DNA from: Chrysomallon squamiferum
Lineage: Eukaryota; Animalia; Mollusca
Reading direction: 5' to 3'
NCBI GenBank assembly: GCA_012295275.1
Contig: CM022673.1
Coordinates: 10,540,001-10,604,000, forward strand
Length of the DNA stretch: 64,000 bases
Part shown: piece after piece, positions 1-15,554 of the stretch
Numbering within the stretch: position 1 is the stretch's first letter
Layout of the letters: every line of letters starts with the position of its first letter
Position numbers and translations under genes: made by a program
Notes under the pieces: model-generated
What the model was told of the DNA's origin: nothing
What the model saw: the letters and a program-made list of their open reading frames with translations, nothing else
The model's database searches: none

Positions 1-716
1 TGTGTGTAGTTTGTAACAGAGTGTATTTATATATGTGTATTAATGTGTGTGTCCCCATAATAATATATATCAATGACTGCAGTACAAAAAAATGCTGGTA
101 TGCATGTTATGTGTAAATATTTGTGTATATTTTTTATTTTATAAACAATACCTTTACCCATTCCAAACACTGACCATGAATTAACAAAACATTTTTTTTA
201 CTAATGCTATAAACAAAATACCAAATGGCTTGTCAGTATTAATTCTGCAAACATTACAAACAATTTACACCAACGTGCAGGTGTGCAGGTAAAATGTTTT
301 ACCTGCTGATTATGGTATTTTTGGCAGGTATGTCTGCACCTGGCATGCTGTTTGGGTATATCTGCTTCCATTCATTAAACAATACATACTCTGTCCACAG
401 AACAGCGACCAAGCAGTGATTTATGAATAAAAATAAGAATCGGGTATTTTAGTAATCTTATTACACACAAGGAACATTGAACCTGCATCATATTTATTTA
501 TTTATAATGTAATGGCTTTTTTCTTTCTCTTTCTGTCTTTTCTTTTCTCATTTCCTCTCTTATTTAAGCACACACACACACTTACATACATACATATGTT
601 TAGACAAACAGGCACACACACAAATATTCAGAAACATACACATATTACTAAAACTCACTTAAATTCATACTTCACAAGTAATTTTCATTTACACTACATG
701 CTTCCCAGACACATTT

Positions 717-727
717 ACACACACACA

Positions 728-798
<71 letters not shown>

Positions 799-896
799 AT
801 ACACATATTCAGATACATGTCACACATACTTAGGCACACACACACACACATGCATGCACACATACACATATTCACACACACACACACACACACACT
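717..896. repeat. (CA)n microsatellite
   Basis: Long CA run with degenerate flanks. Confidence 0.95.
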
Positions 897-2935
897 CTTT
901 CAAACACAATTACACATACATGCAGACACACATTCAGATGCACACACATGTATGTATTCACATATGCAGACAAAGGTTACAGAGTTCTTTGAAATAATAC
1001 TGCTTTCAGTTACTCTGGAACTCTTTAAACCACTGCTATCACAGATCTCAAACACTGTGTCAATAAACAAACTCTAAAAAGAAAAAAAAAAGGAAAAATA
1101 TACAAGGAAAAAGAAAAGTTAAAAACAGAAGAAAAAGAAAGAATTGAGAGTGAAAAGCAAAATGTAGAAGGAAAACCAAACAAGAAATGATTCAATATTT
1201 TTTAAAAAAAAAAAGCCAAAAAAAATAAAAAATAAAAAATAATAAAAAATTAAATTTAAAAAGTAATAGAAAATAAAAATAAATAAATAATTTTTTTTTT
1301 TTTTTTTTTTATAAAGAGAATTTAAAAAATAATATATTTTTTTAAATATTGACTGATTAGAAATAAATACAATAGCTTCCTGCTGACAAAACCAGATCAC
1401 ATCAACATGTTTGTTTTAAGCTGGTGTCAAAAAATAGAAATGTCAAATAACTGAAGAAAATAAAAAAGAAGAAAAAGAAGAATAAGATGAAAAAAAAAGA
1501 AAAAGATGAAAAAAAAAAAAAGAAAGAAAGAAAAAAAAAAAAAAAAGGAAAATAAAAACAAAACAGAAAAATAATTCAATGTAATAAAAAAAAAAAATAA
1601 TTAAAAGTTCTCTGTCAATAAAGAAACACTAAAGGTAAAAAAAAATAAAAAAATAAAAAAGAGAAAAATAAGGAAAAGGAAAAGAAAGTAAGAATATAAA
1701 ATGAAAATCAGGACATTGTGACAAACAGTTTTCATTTTACAGACTGAGTTACGTTTATTAAAACAAAACCAAAAACATTTTAAATAACACAAACAAACAA
1801 GCAAGCCCCTTGAGTAAACTGAAATTGAAAAACTACACAAAAAGTAGAAACAGAAACACAAATTTGCAGGAGAAAATATCTCACAACCAACAACATATCA
1901 AGAAAAGCAAGCTCTCTACCAATGTCACAATGCACTGAACAGAAATATTTAAACTGTCATATCCACAGTTTAATATTCCAGCCTTGTTTGGAATGGGAAA
2001 TCATATGCGGAAGTAGGAACAGAATTCTGACGTTTGATCCTGCAACACATGATCTTTTAGATAAGCAGCAATCTACTGTTATTCGGAAATAGTTTGTAAA
2101 CATATGTCTTTTATCAAACAAACTGGTATCTCGCTGGGTGCCTATTAATACCACACCTATATTTAACATGATTAAAAAAAATAATCATGCTGACTTAGCA
2201 TAAAGTTATGAGAAGCAGACGTGGTATATTTATGTTTTAACCCGTGGGGTTAATAGAAGAAGGATGGAACTCTTTCAACCATCATATTTACAATTACTTA
2301 TGATCACACATGTTAGAGTAATAGGTAGAAAAAATTATTTATTTTTTGTTTTTTTTATTTTTTCGTCATATTTAGTTTTGGCTTCTGTCCCAAATTGGAG
2401 AAAGAAATAACAAGAAAAGAGAAATGAAGGAAGGAATGAAGGAAAGAACTAAAGTAATGAAGAAAGAAAGGTAGAAAAGGAAAAAACAAAACAAGAAAAT
2501 AAAGCATAGTGAGAAATTGAAGGAGGAAATTAAATAAAAAGAAAAAGAAAATGTTAAAAGTAGAAATGGAGAGAAAATAAAAATGAAAAATTTAAAGATA
2601 AAATTATGAAGAAACATTTTAAAAAAATTAAAGAAAATATATGTTGTAAAAAATTCAGAGGAAAAGAAATAGATAAAATAAAATGAAAAGTAAAAATTAA
2701 AAAAAAATTGAAAATAGATTGGAAACAGATAACAAGAAAATAAAGCTGAAAAAACAAAATAAGTCAAACTATAAAGCAATTTTTTTCTTTCTTTTAAAGT
2801 GAGTGAAATAAACAAGAAGATCTGAAGATGAAAAAAGGAAATGGAAAAAGAGAGAGAGAGCGAGAAAAAATATCTAACCATCCCTAAAATGAAAACCAAA
2901 GATGTAATAAAGAAAACAGAAAAGAAATAAAGAGG

Positions 2936-2967
<32 letters not shown>

Positions 2968-3327
2968 CAACCAATTTAGAGGTTTATTGGAGAGATTACA
3001 TGTAAGTAAAATGAGATAAAAATTAATTAAGTCTAAATCTGAACTAAAACCTGCTTCAAACACACAGATATATCATCTCTCGTGTAGACACAAACTAATT
3101 TAACTGAGATTTCTGGGATTTTTATCTTTTTCTTTCTTTATTATCTTTCTTTATTATTTTTTTTTTTTTTTGGTATGTTTGTGAAATAACTGGAATCCAT
3201 TTATATTTTTGTTTGTATGATTTGGAGACAGACAGAGAGTGAGAGAAAGAAAGAGATAGTGTGTGAGTGAGAGAGAGTAAGAAAAAGAGGTATAAAGAGA
3301 GAAAGAGAGAGTAAGAGAAAGAGAAAT

Positions 3328-3432
<105 letters not shown>

Positions 3433-4510
3433 AACAGATTATTGTAACTAGTCCTTTCCTTTTAACTTACCCCACCTGTTAAATGCTTTCACCTTTGCCA
3501 GTGACCAGACATAAAACACACACATGCTTTCACAGATAACCTGATACAGTAACCAATACTGTGACACCTTTTAATGATTATTCCAGTATAAACAAACAAG
3601 AAGCTGCCCTTTCTGTGTGATACATCACCCAAAATGTAAGTACACTGTGGTTTCAGGGGAAGCTAAAGGTGGGATTCCACCAGATGACTTGGAGTAACAG
3701 TTGTTGGTTTGTAATATGAGTTACACTGATGGACAACATATCCACAATGTAAATACTTTGTGGTTTCAGAAGCTAAAGAACTAATCCTACTAGAAGAATT
3801 GAACTAATAACTATTTATCTGTAACCTTTAGTTGGTGAACTAAATCATTTTGTGTGATGATGTCTTAAGATCTTCACCCATGATTTGGTTTGAGAGATGA
3901 CAAATGGTGGATCAAAGATTTTCTGACAAAGAATCTTCAAGGCATGTCCTGTTACTATAAATATTATTACTGTCTTAAAACAAGTTAAAACTGTACTTAT
4001 CTTTGTTAACTCTTAATATTGTTTAAATATGTTGCTGGTTTTTTTTTTCATTTTTTCTTTTTTTTCAAGAAAAAATATTGAAAACACTTGAAATTAAAAA
4101 TAGAAATTAAAAATAGAAATAATAATAATAATAATAGTAATAGTAATAATAGTAATAAGATTTCTTTATTTGAAAAATGTTAAACGTTTGCTTTTATCAT
4201 TAAATTTTTTTTTTTTTTTTTAGATTTTTATTTATTTGAATATTGATGGTATATATTTGTTTAGATAGTAGATTACAAATAGATATATATTTTAAAGAGG
4301 AAAAAAATTGTATTTATTAGCTTTATTATTGTTGGTGTTATTGTGGTTGTTGTTGCTGACATTATCATTATCACATCATCATCATCATTATTATGCATTA
4401 TGATAAAAATCACTGTGATGATAGTTATGATAAGTATGTGACAATAATTACTTATATTATGACTTTTATTGTTGTTATGGCTATTGTTATTGTTATTTTT
4501 ACTTTTAGTA

Positions 4511-4550
<40 letters not shown>

Positions 4551-5189
4551 CACATTCAACATTTTCAAACATCTCCCATTTTTCTATTCCAAGCCTACAA
4601 AATATATATATATATAATTTTTAAAATAAAAATCTGTTTTCAGTTAAACTGGAAGCACTCTTTTGCTTATCACCTGCATTCGTTAACTGAATGGGCATAT
4701 TAAAACCAAGCTATGAAACGAAAAAAAAAAATAATAAAAAAAGTATAAAAACATCTATGAGAGAGGAAATGCCAAAAAAGACATCAAGTCAAAGGTAAGA
4801 TGTACAGGAAGAAAGTCATCATTCATCAGACTGTGATCCCAAAATAGTGATTAAGAATCACAAAATGCCAGAAACCAGATGAGACAAGGTTAGCAGGTGA
4901 AAAAACTAGGTGTATCATAAGGAAAAATTTACATTCTGTTCAAAAGGAAAAAAAAAAAAAAAAAAAAAAAAGAGTTTAATATAATGTTTTACTCAGCACA
5001 TTTTTGATCTGTGATGGTGTACAGTAATGGTTAAGAATCATGCAGATAATGAAGGAGGAAATCTGCTGTTATCGTGTGAAAGCCTGTTTCTTTTTCATTA
5101 GCAAAAAAAACAGAAAAGGATAAATGAAGTTGAGGAGCAGTGGCTGAAATGGGAAAAATCACTGATGTCTGAATGTTGTGTGAAGTCAT

Positions 5190-5770
5190 ATTTCAGTTAA
5201 TGTTTTGAATCAAAGTTTCACTTTTTTTTTGAAATTTTAGCTCGTTTTCAACTGTACGACATTTTCAATGAATATATTCTGTTGTTTCACAGTTTGAATC
5301 AATCTTTTCTCCTCTGTTATTAATCAAAGTTTTCAATTTTCAAAGTTGTAATATTCTTCAATCAAAGTTTTCATTTGTTTAATGATTTAAATCATGAATC
5401 TCAGTTATTTCATGTTTTGATTGAAAGTTTTCAATTGAAACATATTTTGAATCAATATTTTCTGCTGTATGTTTTATTGATTATCCTTTAAATAAATATT
5501 TCAGTTATCTAATGTTTTGACTCATAATTTTTAGCTGTATAATGTTTAGAACCAATATTTTGAATCATATGATGTTTTACATCCAAATGTCCAATTGTAC
5601 AATATTTTGAATCAATATTTTCAATCTTATATTTCTTTGAATAAAGTTTTCAATTGCATAAAATTCTGAACCATGATTTTCTGTCATTTTGTTTTTCATT
5701 TTTTTTTATCATTTTTAAATCAGTATTTTTTTTTCAGCTGTTTACGGAAATCTTTTCATCAGATACTGGT
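5190..5770. repeat. Degenerate ~29 bp minisatellite
   Basis: Recurring aatgttttgaatcaa(a/t)(g/a)ttttcag/aa unit. Confidence 0.8.
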
Positions 5771-5995
5771 CTCAAGATTCAACAGGCTTGTTTTGCTCTG
5801 TGTGTTTTCAGTGCCAGTTTGTTTACCTTTCTCAAAGACACAACAAACTGTACACCAGTGAGATAACATCAAAATAAACCAGCAGCACAAACAGGTGCTG
5901 GAAGATAAAATACCTGTATTTACCTGTGACTTATTACACATGTATGTCTACCTGTAAATTATACCATGCATGTTTAGAAAGGTAAAATTTCTTAC

Positions 5996-6016
5996 CTTGA
6001 AGCTATTTACTTGTTT
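5996..6016 (-). CDS. Candidate 21-nt phase-0 microexon of liprin-beta (KQVNSFK)
   Basis: Minus strand reads tattctttctcaaacag|AAACAAGTAAATAGCTTCAAG|gtaaga. Strong splice sites, symmetric, no stop, phase-compatible with exon 18809-18592. TGCATG lies about 25 nt downstream of the donor. Confidence 0.6.
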
Positions 6017-6531
6017 CTGTTTGAGAAAGAATACACTAATGTTTTGGAAAGCTCTTGTAGCTTACTGAAGGCTTTTTTTTTTTTGCTAAGTGTATTTCTA
6101 ATTAGATAAACTTGGGCCAAAAACATAAATAGACTCATGATAGAGTAGCACATAATTATATAGCATACAAATTAAAATATCCAAAAAAAATAAAAAATAT
6201 AAAAAATATATATAAAAGAAAATAAAAATAAGATACTTTAAAATGTTCATTTAGCTCAGAAATAAAACTTGTGTCAAATTAAAATAATACATTTTTTTTT
6301 TTTTACATTTCTAGATAATGTAACATTTATTGTAGATGTATCAGAATTACTCAGAATTTAAAGGTGATCTGTTTAACATAGTGTCTGATGTACATTTGCA
6401 TTAAAACACTAACACATTTATGGTTGTTGCTTTTTCACTTAGCATCAGATGTTAAAATAAGCTTCAGATCTTCAAAGCAAATATGTAGAGCAGAGAATTT
6501 TCTATGTAGAAATAGACTTGAATAGAATAAG

Positions 6532-6600
6532 TAGATAGATAGAAAGATAGGTAGAGATAAACAGATAGCCAGGTAGATAGAAAAATAGGTAGATAGATAT

Positions 6601-6641
<41 letters not shown>

Positions 6642-6718
6642 CAGATAGATAGATAGATAGATAGATACATACATACATACATACATACAAACATATCATA
6701 CATACATACATACATACA
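6532..6718. repeat. Compound (GATA)n/(CATA)n microsatellite
   Basis: Direct inspection. Confidence 0.9.
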
Positions 6719-7651
6719 GATATCTAGATATAGGCAGACACAAATAGAAAAGCATAATTAGAGAGAATTATACAGAAAAAGAGATCCAAAATACAAAATA
6801 TACAGAGAAATTTCCACGTGTAAACAGAGAACAAATTCATACATTCTCTCCATCTCTTTTCTTTTTATTTCTCTCTTTCTCTGACCCTTGTCTCTCGCTT
6901 TCTCTCTCTCTCTGATGCACTCACATACACACAAAAATCTACAGCAGTCATTAAAAAAAGCAAGACTTAAAAAAGGCCAACATGCCTGCCAAAGTGTAGT
7001 GAATAAATCAATGACAGGTTTTAATGAAGGAAAGAACTGGAGGAGTTAAGTCCACTCTCTGAACGAGTGGAGAACAGTCATGTAGTCATTTCACACCATC
7101 GTGATTTCTCAAACCTCGGAAACCCACGCCAGACTCTCAGACTTTTAACATATGCAATAAAAGGGATCATGTGAGAGCCAGTGTGCTTGCAGCAGCTACC
7201 ACTACAACTACTACTACAACTGCTACAGCTGACAGGTCACTGCGTGGTGATTGAAATCTGTGAATCTGGTTGTGTGGCTGTGTATCTGCTGGAGATGGTT
7301 TTGATTGTAGGAAGAATTTATTTGAGAGGGATTGGTTGTTGTGTTTTGTTTGTTATTGTCATTATTTGTATCTGAATTATTTTTGTTATTAGAAAATCAA
7401 ACAAAATTTATTATTATTTAACAAAATTAATGAAAATTTGGTTATAATATTGTTGCTTAATTTTTTTTTTTTTTTTTTTTTTTGCTGTTGATTTTATTTG
7501 ATTTTAAATATGTCAAAAGCTTTACACTTTCATTACACCTTATATATTTACTAAATCATCCAATCTCACTTATTCATTCACACATTCAGTGATCCAGTCA
7601 TTCACTCACTTCCTCACTAACTACTGATACAGAATACAAAATCTTTTGATT

Positions 7652-7855
7652 TAATTACAGGTAGATTACAGGTAATTACAGGTAAAGATTATTGCACTGT
7701 GTTACTGCCTCTAGGTGAGAACAATGAAAGGTGTGAAAATCTGTAAAATCAGTTTAATCAAGTCTGAAATGAATCTGGATGAGATGTCTCCAGGCAAAAC
7801 AGTTAACTAGTTTTAAACACTGCACTACTTGAAACATCTCCACAAAATGAAAATT
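7652..7855 (+). repeat. ~200 bp direct duplication, copy 1
   Basis: Near-identical to 10830-11023 (shared ...tactgcctctaggtgagaacaatgaaaggtgtgaaaatctgtaaaatcagtttaatcaagtctgaaatgaatct...). Confidence 0.95.
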
Positions 7856-7930
7856 ATGTCCCCAATAAACAGACACATTCACAATACAAAGCACAGTTAT
7901 ATACACACAAACACATCATTTTTATAAGCA

Positions 7931-7974
<44 letters not shown>

Positions 7975-9384
7975 TGCTAGACTATCTAAAGAAAAATAAT
8001 TAATCTCTTTTATATATATGCAAGTAAGTTAGTATGTATTTGTGTCTGAATTTATTTCTGTTTGCAGGGAAGTAAATGTATGTTATATTTATGAATATGT
8101 CTGTTTGTATGTGTGTATATTTATCTCTGTGTGAGTGTCTGTATATGTGTGTAGGTGTGCATAGGTCTACAAGTGTATCTCTGCCAGTGTGTGTGTATGT
8201 GTGTGTGTATGTGTGCGTGTATGTGTGTGTGTGTGTATGTGTGTGTGTATGTATATATATGAGAGTGAGATAGACACATATGTATGCATGCACACACACA
8301 TACAGAGAAACTACTTATGCAGGTATTTATGTGTATGCATATGTATGCACTGTAATTATTCACATTTATACTGTGCTGTACAATTCCCCATACAGACATG
8401 TAAATGTATATGTACTTACACAAACACAGGTATATACAAATATAAAAAAAACATAAAACTTCTCACCAAAATCTCAACAGCTGCAGTGAAATTGTGAAAC
8501 AACCTTCACACAGAAATAACCACTGTAATTATTTATCTTCTTTTTTTATAACTTGTACCTCAACAACTTCATTTGTAAACTATAAACACCATTTCTACAA
8601 CCTGAACACAGTCTGTGGAGGTTTTTTCTACCCCACCTGTTGTAATCAATCTAGCACAGAGATGGGAGAGTACAGACAAGTTTGATTATAAGCAAGACAT
8701 GAATAATTAATAACAGACACAATCAATTTACTGTTAAATATCAGTTGTGTTGGATATTCAGTCACATGAGTGGTAGGAAGCTGGATCAAATCCAGTGACT
8801 TGCTGAAACTCAATGCAATGAATAAGATCAATATGCAGTTTTATTAATTACTAATTTTAAAAAATATATATAAATATATTACATGTTTTAGCTATGGTGT
8901 TTATGCTAAAATACATGGTATGGTGTAACAGCTTTTGGTCTTTTAAATCACATATAATGAGTTTAAAAATAGTTTACATCAAGACATATTCTTCTAATTT
9001 ACTAAAGTATTAATTTCATAACCTGCTACATTAAGTCTGCTGTGTTCTGAAATGACAGAAATTTTAACATAATGTGATGCTTAAAGTTCATGTCTGGGTC
9101 AGTTAGACACAGTTGTTGTAGTATCATACAGTATTCACTGTCACATTCATCCATCAACCAAATACAATTTTCTATTATGCTCTCACAAAAATATTTTTTC
9201 TTTTTTTCTACATATTACTTTTTTATACTAACATAATAAAAACAATTGCAAACAAACACCCCCCCCTTCACACACATACAAAGATAATCACACACACACA
9301 CAGACACACAGTCACACACACACACACACACACTCAGACACACACAGACACACACAAAGACACACACACACAAACACACACACA

Positions 9385-9433
<49 letters not shown>

Positions 9434-10333
9434 ACACACACACACTAACATATAATATTATACCACACCATACATTCACATATTAGCCTTAACTCCACAC
9501 ACACAACCACTGAAACATCAAATCTGCCACAACCACAACATTCCAGTTCCACTAGCCACTTCAAAGAAACCGGACTATTATCACTTAGCACATTGGTATG
9601 CCAGTCCTGCCCTCCTCCCCCACCCCTGACCATAAACTGGTCTCTCACACAATTTACACTTTCATCCCACCTACAGGAATGCTGTGATCAGTCAGTTAAT
9701 GCTGTACATGTTGTACAGAGAATATTATTCAGCTAGAGCCGAGAGAGACATGTGTCTAATGACCAGTTTCTGAAAATATCATTTAAGCACAAGCCTGAGA
9801 AATGCTGTGTAATTATCAAGGGATGGTATTAAGTGATGTGATACCAGCTGGCTAAGTGTAATACGAAGTGTAATTTACTGGTTTGATACAAGCAATTTCT
9901 TATAGTGAGTGAGGGAGGAGGGGAATGTGTGTGTGTGTGTTTGTGTGTGTGTGTCTTTGTGTGTTTATGTGTATCATCTGCATGTGTCTGTGTGTGTCTG
10001 TGTATGTATGTGTGTGTATCTGTTTGTATTTCTGTATGTGGCTAAGTATGTATATCTGATGTGTGTGGGGGTGAGGGGTGAGAGAGAGAGAGAGAGATAT
10101 GAAAGAGATATTGGGAATTATATCTGTAAAGGTTAGGGTGTAACTGATGTTAATCTTTTAATTGATAAAAAGTGAATTACTAGTTTAGATTAGATAAAAA
10201 CATATGCACGTGCACACATGCATGCATGCACTCACATACATAAACTTGCACCACTTGTGTAGTATAATACCAGCTGGTACCAGTGTTTGTTTCTTTAATC
10301 TTTTACTTACTTACATACTTACATACTTACATA

Positions 10334-10376
<43 letters not shown>

Positions 10377-10378
10377 CC

Positions 10379-10410
<32 letters not shown>

Positions 10411-10829
10411 TGTATTTATTTATTTATTTATTTATTTTTTTTTCTTTGTTTTTTTATTTATTTATTATTTTATTTATTTTATTATTTATTTATTTACTGT
10501 TTATTATTAGTTAATTTATAGGTTTAAGTAATCATGTTTTTTGTTATTTTATTTTTTTAAATTTATTTATTTTGATTTTACCTGAAAAAATATACATAAG
10601 AATGAATAGTGTATTGATAACACATTACAATATATATGCACAACAGTTAATTATTGCAATATTCACTGTTCCATTAAACCACTAATAAATAAAATAACAT
10701 AACATAACATAATACAAAATAATAATAATAAAAAATAATAATAATAATAATAATTTTTAAAAATAAGAAAATCAAGTGACATTTAACAGTTTACATAATC
10801 ATTAAAAAAAAAAAAGATTTCTGACAGGA

Positions 10830-11023
10830 TAATTACAGGTAGATTACAGGTAAAGATTACTGCAGTGTGATACTGCCTCTAGGTGAGAACAATGAAAGGT
10901 GTGAAAATCTGTAAAATCAGTTTAATCAAGTCTGAAATGAATCTTGATCAGATGTCTCCAGGCAAAACAGTTAACAAGTTTTAAACACTGCACTATTTGA
11001 AACATCTTCACAAGATGAAGATT
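10830..11023 (+). repeat. ~200 bp direct duplication, copy 2
   Basis: Near-identical to 7652-7855, with scattered substitutions and one fewer TTACAGGTA unit. Confidence 0.95.
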
Positions 11024-11624
11024 GTAACCTGATACATTAATATCTTGCACTCAACTTGAAATTGTCTTCTGAACAACACACAGGTTTTAAAATTAGCTGC
11101 CTCAGTTTCTTTCAGTGCTGTAAACATTAAACCTTCTTTCCTGGATATTTACATATTAACTGTGCCCAAGGGAAACCCTCCTCTCCCCCACCTCCTGAGC
11201 TACTGGGTGTAAACAATCACTTAAAAGATGACGTCTTGCCACAAATGTGACCCATCACACAAAAACAAGCCTTAAGTCACATGGCCAAGTATTGAGCTTT
11301 AGTCAACAATAATGGAGTGAAACAATTTTTTTTTATGTATTTTGATATTGTGTTAGAAATGGGTTTATATTTTATCTTATGTCTCTGATCCAGGGATGAA
11401 ACTGATAGGTGTTAACCGTAGAGCATTTTTGTGGCCATTTATTTTTCCTCACATGAGAAACTTTCTGATTTGTTTGGACACATCTGGCAATATCTCTAGA
11501 ACTCAACATGATTCAGGGAGGAATTATATAACAAAATGAATCTTACTGAGTCAGGAATATGAAACCATTTAAAATAGCACAGCCAGTATACAACTTAAAA
11601 CTTAATTCAGTGTAAAGGGTTACC

Positions 11625-11685
<61 letters not shown>

Positions 11686-11899
11686 ATATTATCTACAAAG
11701 TTGTTTAGTAAAAAGTATGTGAATGAAACTGGGTGACAAGAAATTAATGATTAATAATAAATGTATAGATATTTAAATATAAAATTTTGTATAAATGTTT
11801 ACTTGTTTTAATGTGAGAAATATAATTACACTCAAATTTACATACAAACATACAACTACATGCCAGTATAATACAAGTTTTATGGCATATTAATGCATT

Positions 11900-11930
<31 letters not shown>

Positions 11931-12342
11931 ATCAGTATAGTGAATATGTTGAATAAAATTAATATTCAGCTATGCAAAACAGTAAAACCAATAATTAAAA
12001 TATAATTCTAATCATAATAACAACAATGATATCGATAAAACAACAAAAACAAAAAACATTTTAAACAGTAATAAAAATGTGTTTTTCAATATTACAGTTA
12101 ATTTAAATTAACTAACCTAATTTATATACTGATACCCACTTAAGGTTCAAGCACCTTTGTTGTGTACACTTTCACATCACCAGAAACTCGGCCAAACCAA
12201 CGTTATATGAGTAAACAGTGTTCAGTTTGAGTTTCTTACAATGTAAACTATTGACTGGTAGTTTGTGGAATAATATACAATGATATATTGACAGGTATAT
12301 ATAATGTTTTATTCATGATAGTTTATATATGTGTGTGTGTGT

Positions 12343-12373
<31 letters not shown>

Positions 12374-13106
12374 CTGCTGAGATAATCCTTTCATTAAATA
12401 ATGCAGAAACCAAGGTGTACAGTATTTTCAAACCCTTTTCAATATTACTGTATAACAATGGATATATCTAGTTATGCAGTTTATTTTATTATTATTTATT
12501 AAGAATGTGTACTGAATATATAACAACCTACATAATGCCTTTTATATATTAATCTTTATTCTGTTTATTTTGAGATTTATTCATTCAGAATTATAATAAA
12601 CATCGTAATAAAATTTAATACCTTTTGTCAGTGTTTATTTGAGGTAATATTAATAATGCATGTATCTTGCTATACAATATTGATTTTTTTTTTTTTCTTA
12701 TTGTGTATTCTGAAAAGTATAGCAAGTATCAAAGCATATAATATATTTGAAACTCTTTCATTTCATCTATTCAGTAATGTAATATGTGTTTTACATTATG
12801 CAATACAGTTGGTGTAATAACAGATATATGTATCAGGATATATTATTTTAATGGTCAATAAGATAAATATACATTGCATGTAACTGTTGGCTAAGTGTGG
12901 TTCTGCAATATATCAAGTTTATATAATTGTAAACTATATATATGGCATATAATTGTTAGGTAACTATGGTTATCCTATCTGTTTTGTTTCATTTCATGGT
13001 AAATAGAAAAACATCTTGTAGTGGCAAGGCATCTATGTTAATCTAATCAGAAAAATAATTAATGGAATATTCTTAACATGTTTCTTACCACACCTGACAA
13101 AATAAC

Positions 13107-13152
<46 letters not shown>

Positions 13153-13745
13153 TGTGTGTGTGTGTAATTATGTGTCCCTATGCATTTTTATATGCACTAA
13201 ATTGAAAGAAAAATAACCAGAAGAAATGATTAATTTTATTTAAGAATATCTGTTTATATTTACACTGTCATACATATATACATACACATAATAGAAGATT
13301 TATGTACGAGAACCCATGAAATACATATTTATATAACACAATGTAAAATAAACAAAGCTCTGCCAGGAAATGCCAGTAATCGGCTTTTGTAAACAGTTTA
13401 TGAAAACTTTCCAAGAAAACTAAACTGTAGTGAAGCATTACCCAAAGTAAATCAACTCTGCTTCAGAACTAATTTGTACCAGGTGAAAACCAAATACCTG
13501 TACCTGCATGTCCAGGTAATCACTTAGAATCTGTAAATATATTTTGTATGGGTTAATTCAGAATATTTATGCATTCAGATCAATGTATGTTGTACAGGTA
13601 AACACTGAGTATTTGTGTGTATGTTATACGTGTACAAATACTTATACAGATACACAGATATATGTGCAGATAAATAGAATTAACTGTTCAAATATTCTGA
13701 ACACTCTGAATAACTATTAAATTCTATAGTATATGATAACTTCAG

Positions 13746-13984
<239 letters not shown>

Positions 13985-14140
13985 TAAAAATGGCTGTTAA
14001 AAGTTAGTTATTTTTCTCTATAATGGTTTGACAGAGAAACTCTCAGCTGCAACTAGAAGGGTTACTCTTACTCATGAAAAAATACAAAATACACACTCCA
14101 TTTTTATCAGTTAACTGCAAAGGATATAACATACACATAC

Positions 14141-14161
14141 ATAACCCTTCTTGTCCATCAT
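14141..14161 (-). CDS. Candidate alternative first coding exon end of liprin-beta (MMDKKGY)
   Basis: ATG ATG GAC AAG AAG GGT TAT|gtatgt, phase 0, at the end of a ~450 bp non-repetitive block (14141-14597) inside the long intron. Confidence 0.3.
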
Positions 14162-15052
14162 TACTATCTTTCGACCATAATCTCGTAGGCTAAGGAAACA
14201 CAAGACAACATAAACTCTGATAAACCTATTTTTTTGGGGAGGTAAAGTTTGGAATGGGAAATGTTCTGATGTGGGGGGGAAACAACTTCGACATATTGAT
14301 CCTCTGACCTATCATGTCTCAGATAAACATTTCTAGCAAATGAGCTGCTGCCTGCCCTTTCAGATAAAGAGTTCTGTGTCAGCAACATTTGGGTTATGTT
14401 TGGACTTCTTGGCTGAGACTTGGAAGAAGGAGAAAATTAAATTATTTTGTAATTTGTCTCAAGAGGGTCTAAGTGTTATAACTAATGGGACTCCTTGGGA
14501 GCACAATGTGTTTGTTCTGGCAGATAATAAAATATTTTGTCTAAATTGGTTATCTACCACTAATTTGTCTGCTCAAGTCCAGTTTGTTTATGTACAGAAA
14601 AAAAAAAAAAAAGAAAGAAAAAAAAAAACATATTTTGTTGGAGTTAAAGGAATGGAAAAAGAAAATAAGAGATTATGAAAGAAGAGTGGGAAAGGGGAGG
14701 GAATAAATAAAATAAAAATGAAGAGAAAGTTTGTGTGTATTACATTATAAATAAATAAAAAAAAGAGCAACATGAAGTGAACAGTACTAGAAGAAAAACA
14801 AGAAAGGGGCTAACACACAGAAGAGAAAAAAAAAAATATATATATATATGTGAGTGTGTGTGTGTGTGTGTGTGTGTGACATAGTGTAAAAGAAGTTAAA
14901 GAAAAAGAAATAGAATAGAAATAAAAGAACTAAAAGAAAAAAAGAAAATAAAAAAAAAATGACAAACAAAACCAAAAAAAAATGTAAGTAATTAAGGAAT
15001 GATAAAAAAATATATATATATATAGAAAAAAAAGACAAATAAAACAAGAGAC

Positions 15053-15141
<89 letters not shown>

Positions 15142-15540
15142 AGAGAGATAAACAAGAGAGAGAGAGAGAGAGAGAAAGAAAGAAATAAAACAAGAAAGGA
15201 AAAGAGAGAGATAGGAGAGAGACAAGAGAGAGAGAAGACAGAGGGAAAGAAAGAGAGAGAGAGAGGGAGAGGGAGGGACAAACAAACAAAGGAGGGGTAA
15301 AATACAGGGGGAAAAAAAGAAGAAAAAAATTCATGAAGAAAAATATCTTTTTCTTAGCATAAAGATAATTAGACCACAGAGCATCATCACTGACACTTTT
15401 AAATTATTAACTAACCAAACTGCAAATACATATTTCTCTGTGAATTGCTAGCAGGCTTGAAGATGCCTTAAAACTGTTGTATTTGACTCTTCGCAGCAGA
15501 ATAAATAAAACATTATCTATTCCCTACATGCCACTTCTCG

Positions 15541-15554
15541 GTAACCATGGTAAC
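15541..15554. promoter_or_regulatory. RFX X-box-like motif
   Basis: GTAACCATGGTAAC fits GTNRCC-N2-RGYAAC. Confidence 0.45.

Noticed and set aside
3465-3530. Strong minus-strand donor ggg|gtaagt at 3471/3470
   Set aside because: No phase-compatible open exon with a credible acceptor upstream.
7652-11023. LTR retrotransposon interpretation of the direct repeats
   Set aside because: No TG...CA termini, PBS/PPT or gag-pol remnants between the copies.
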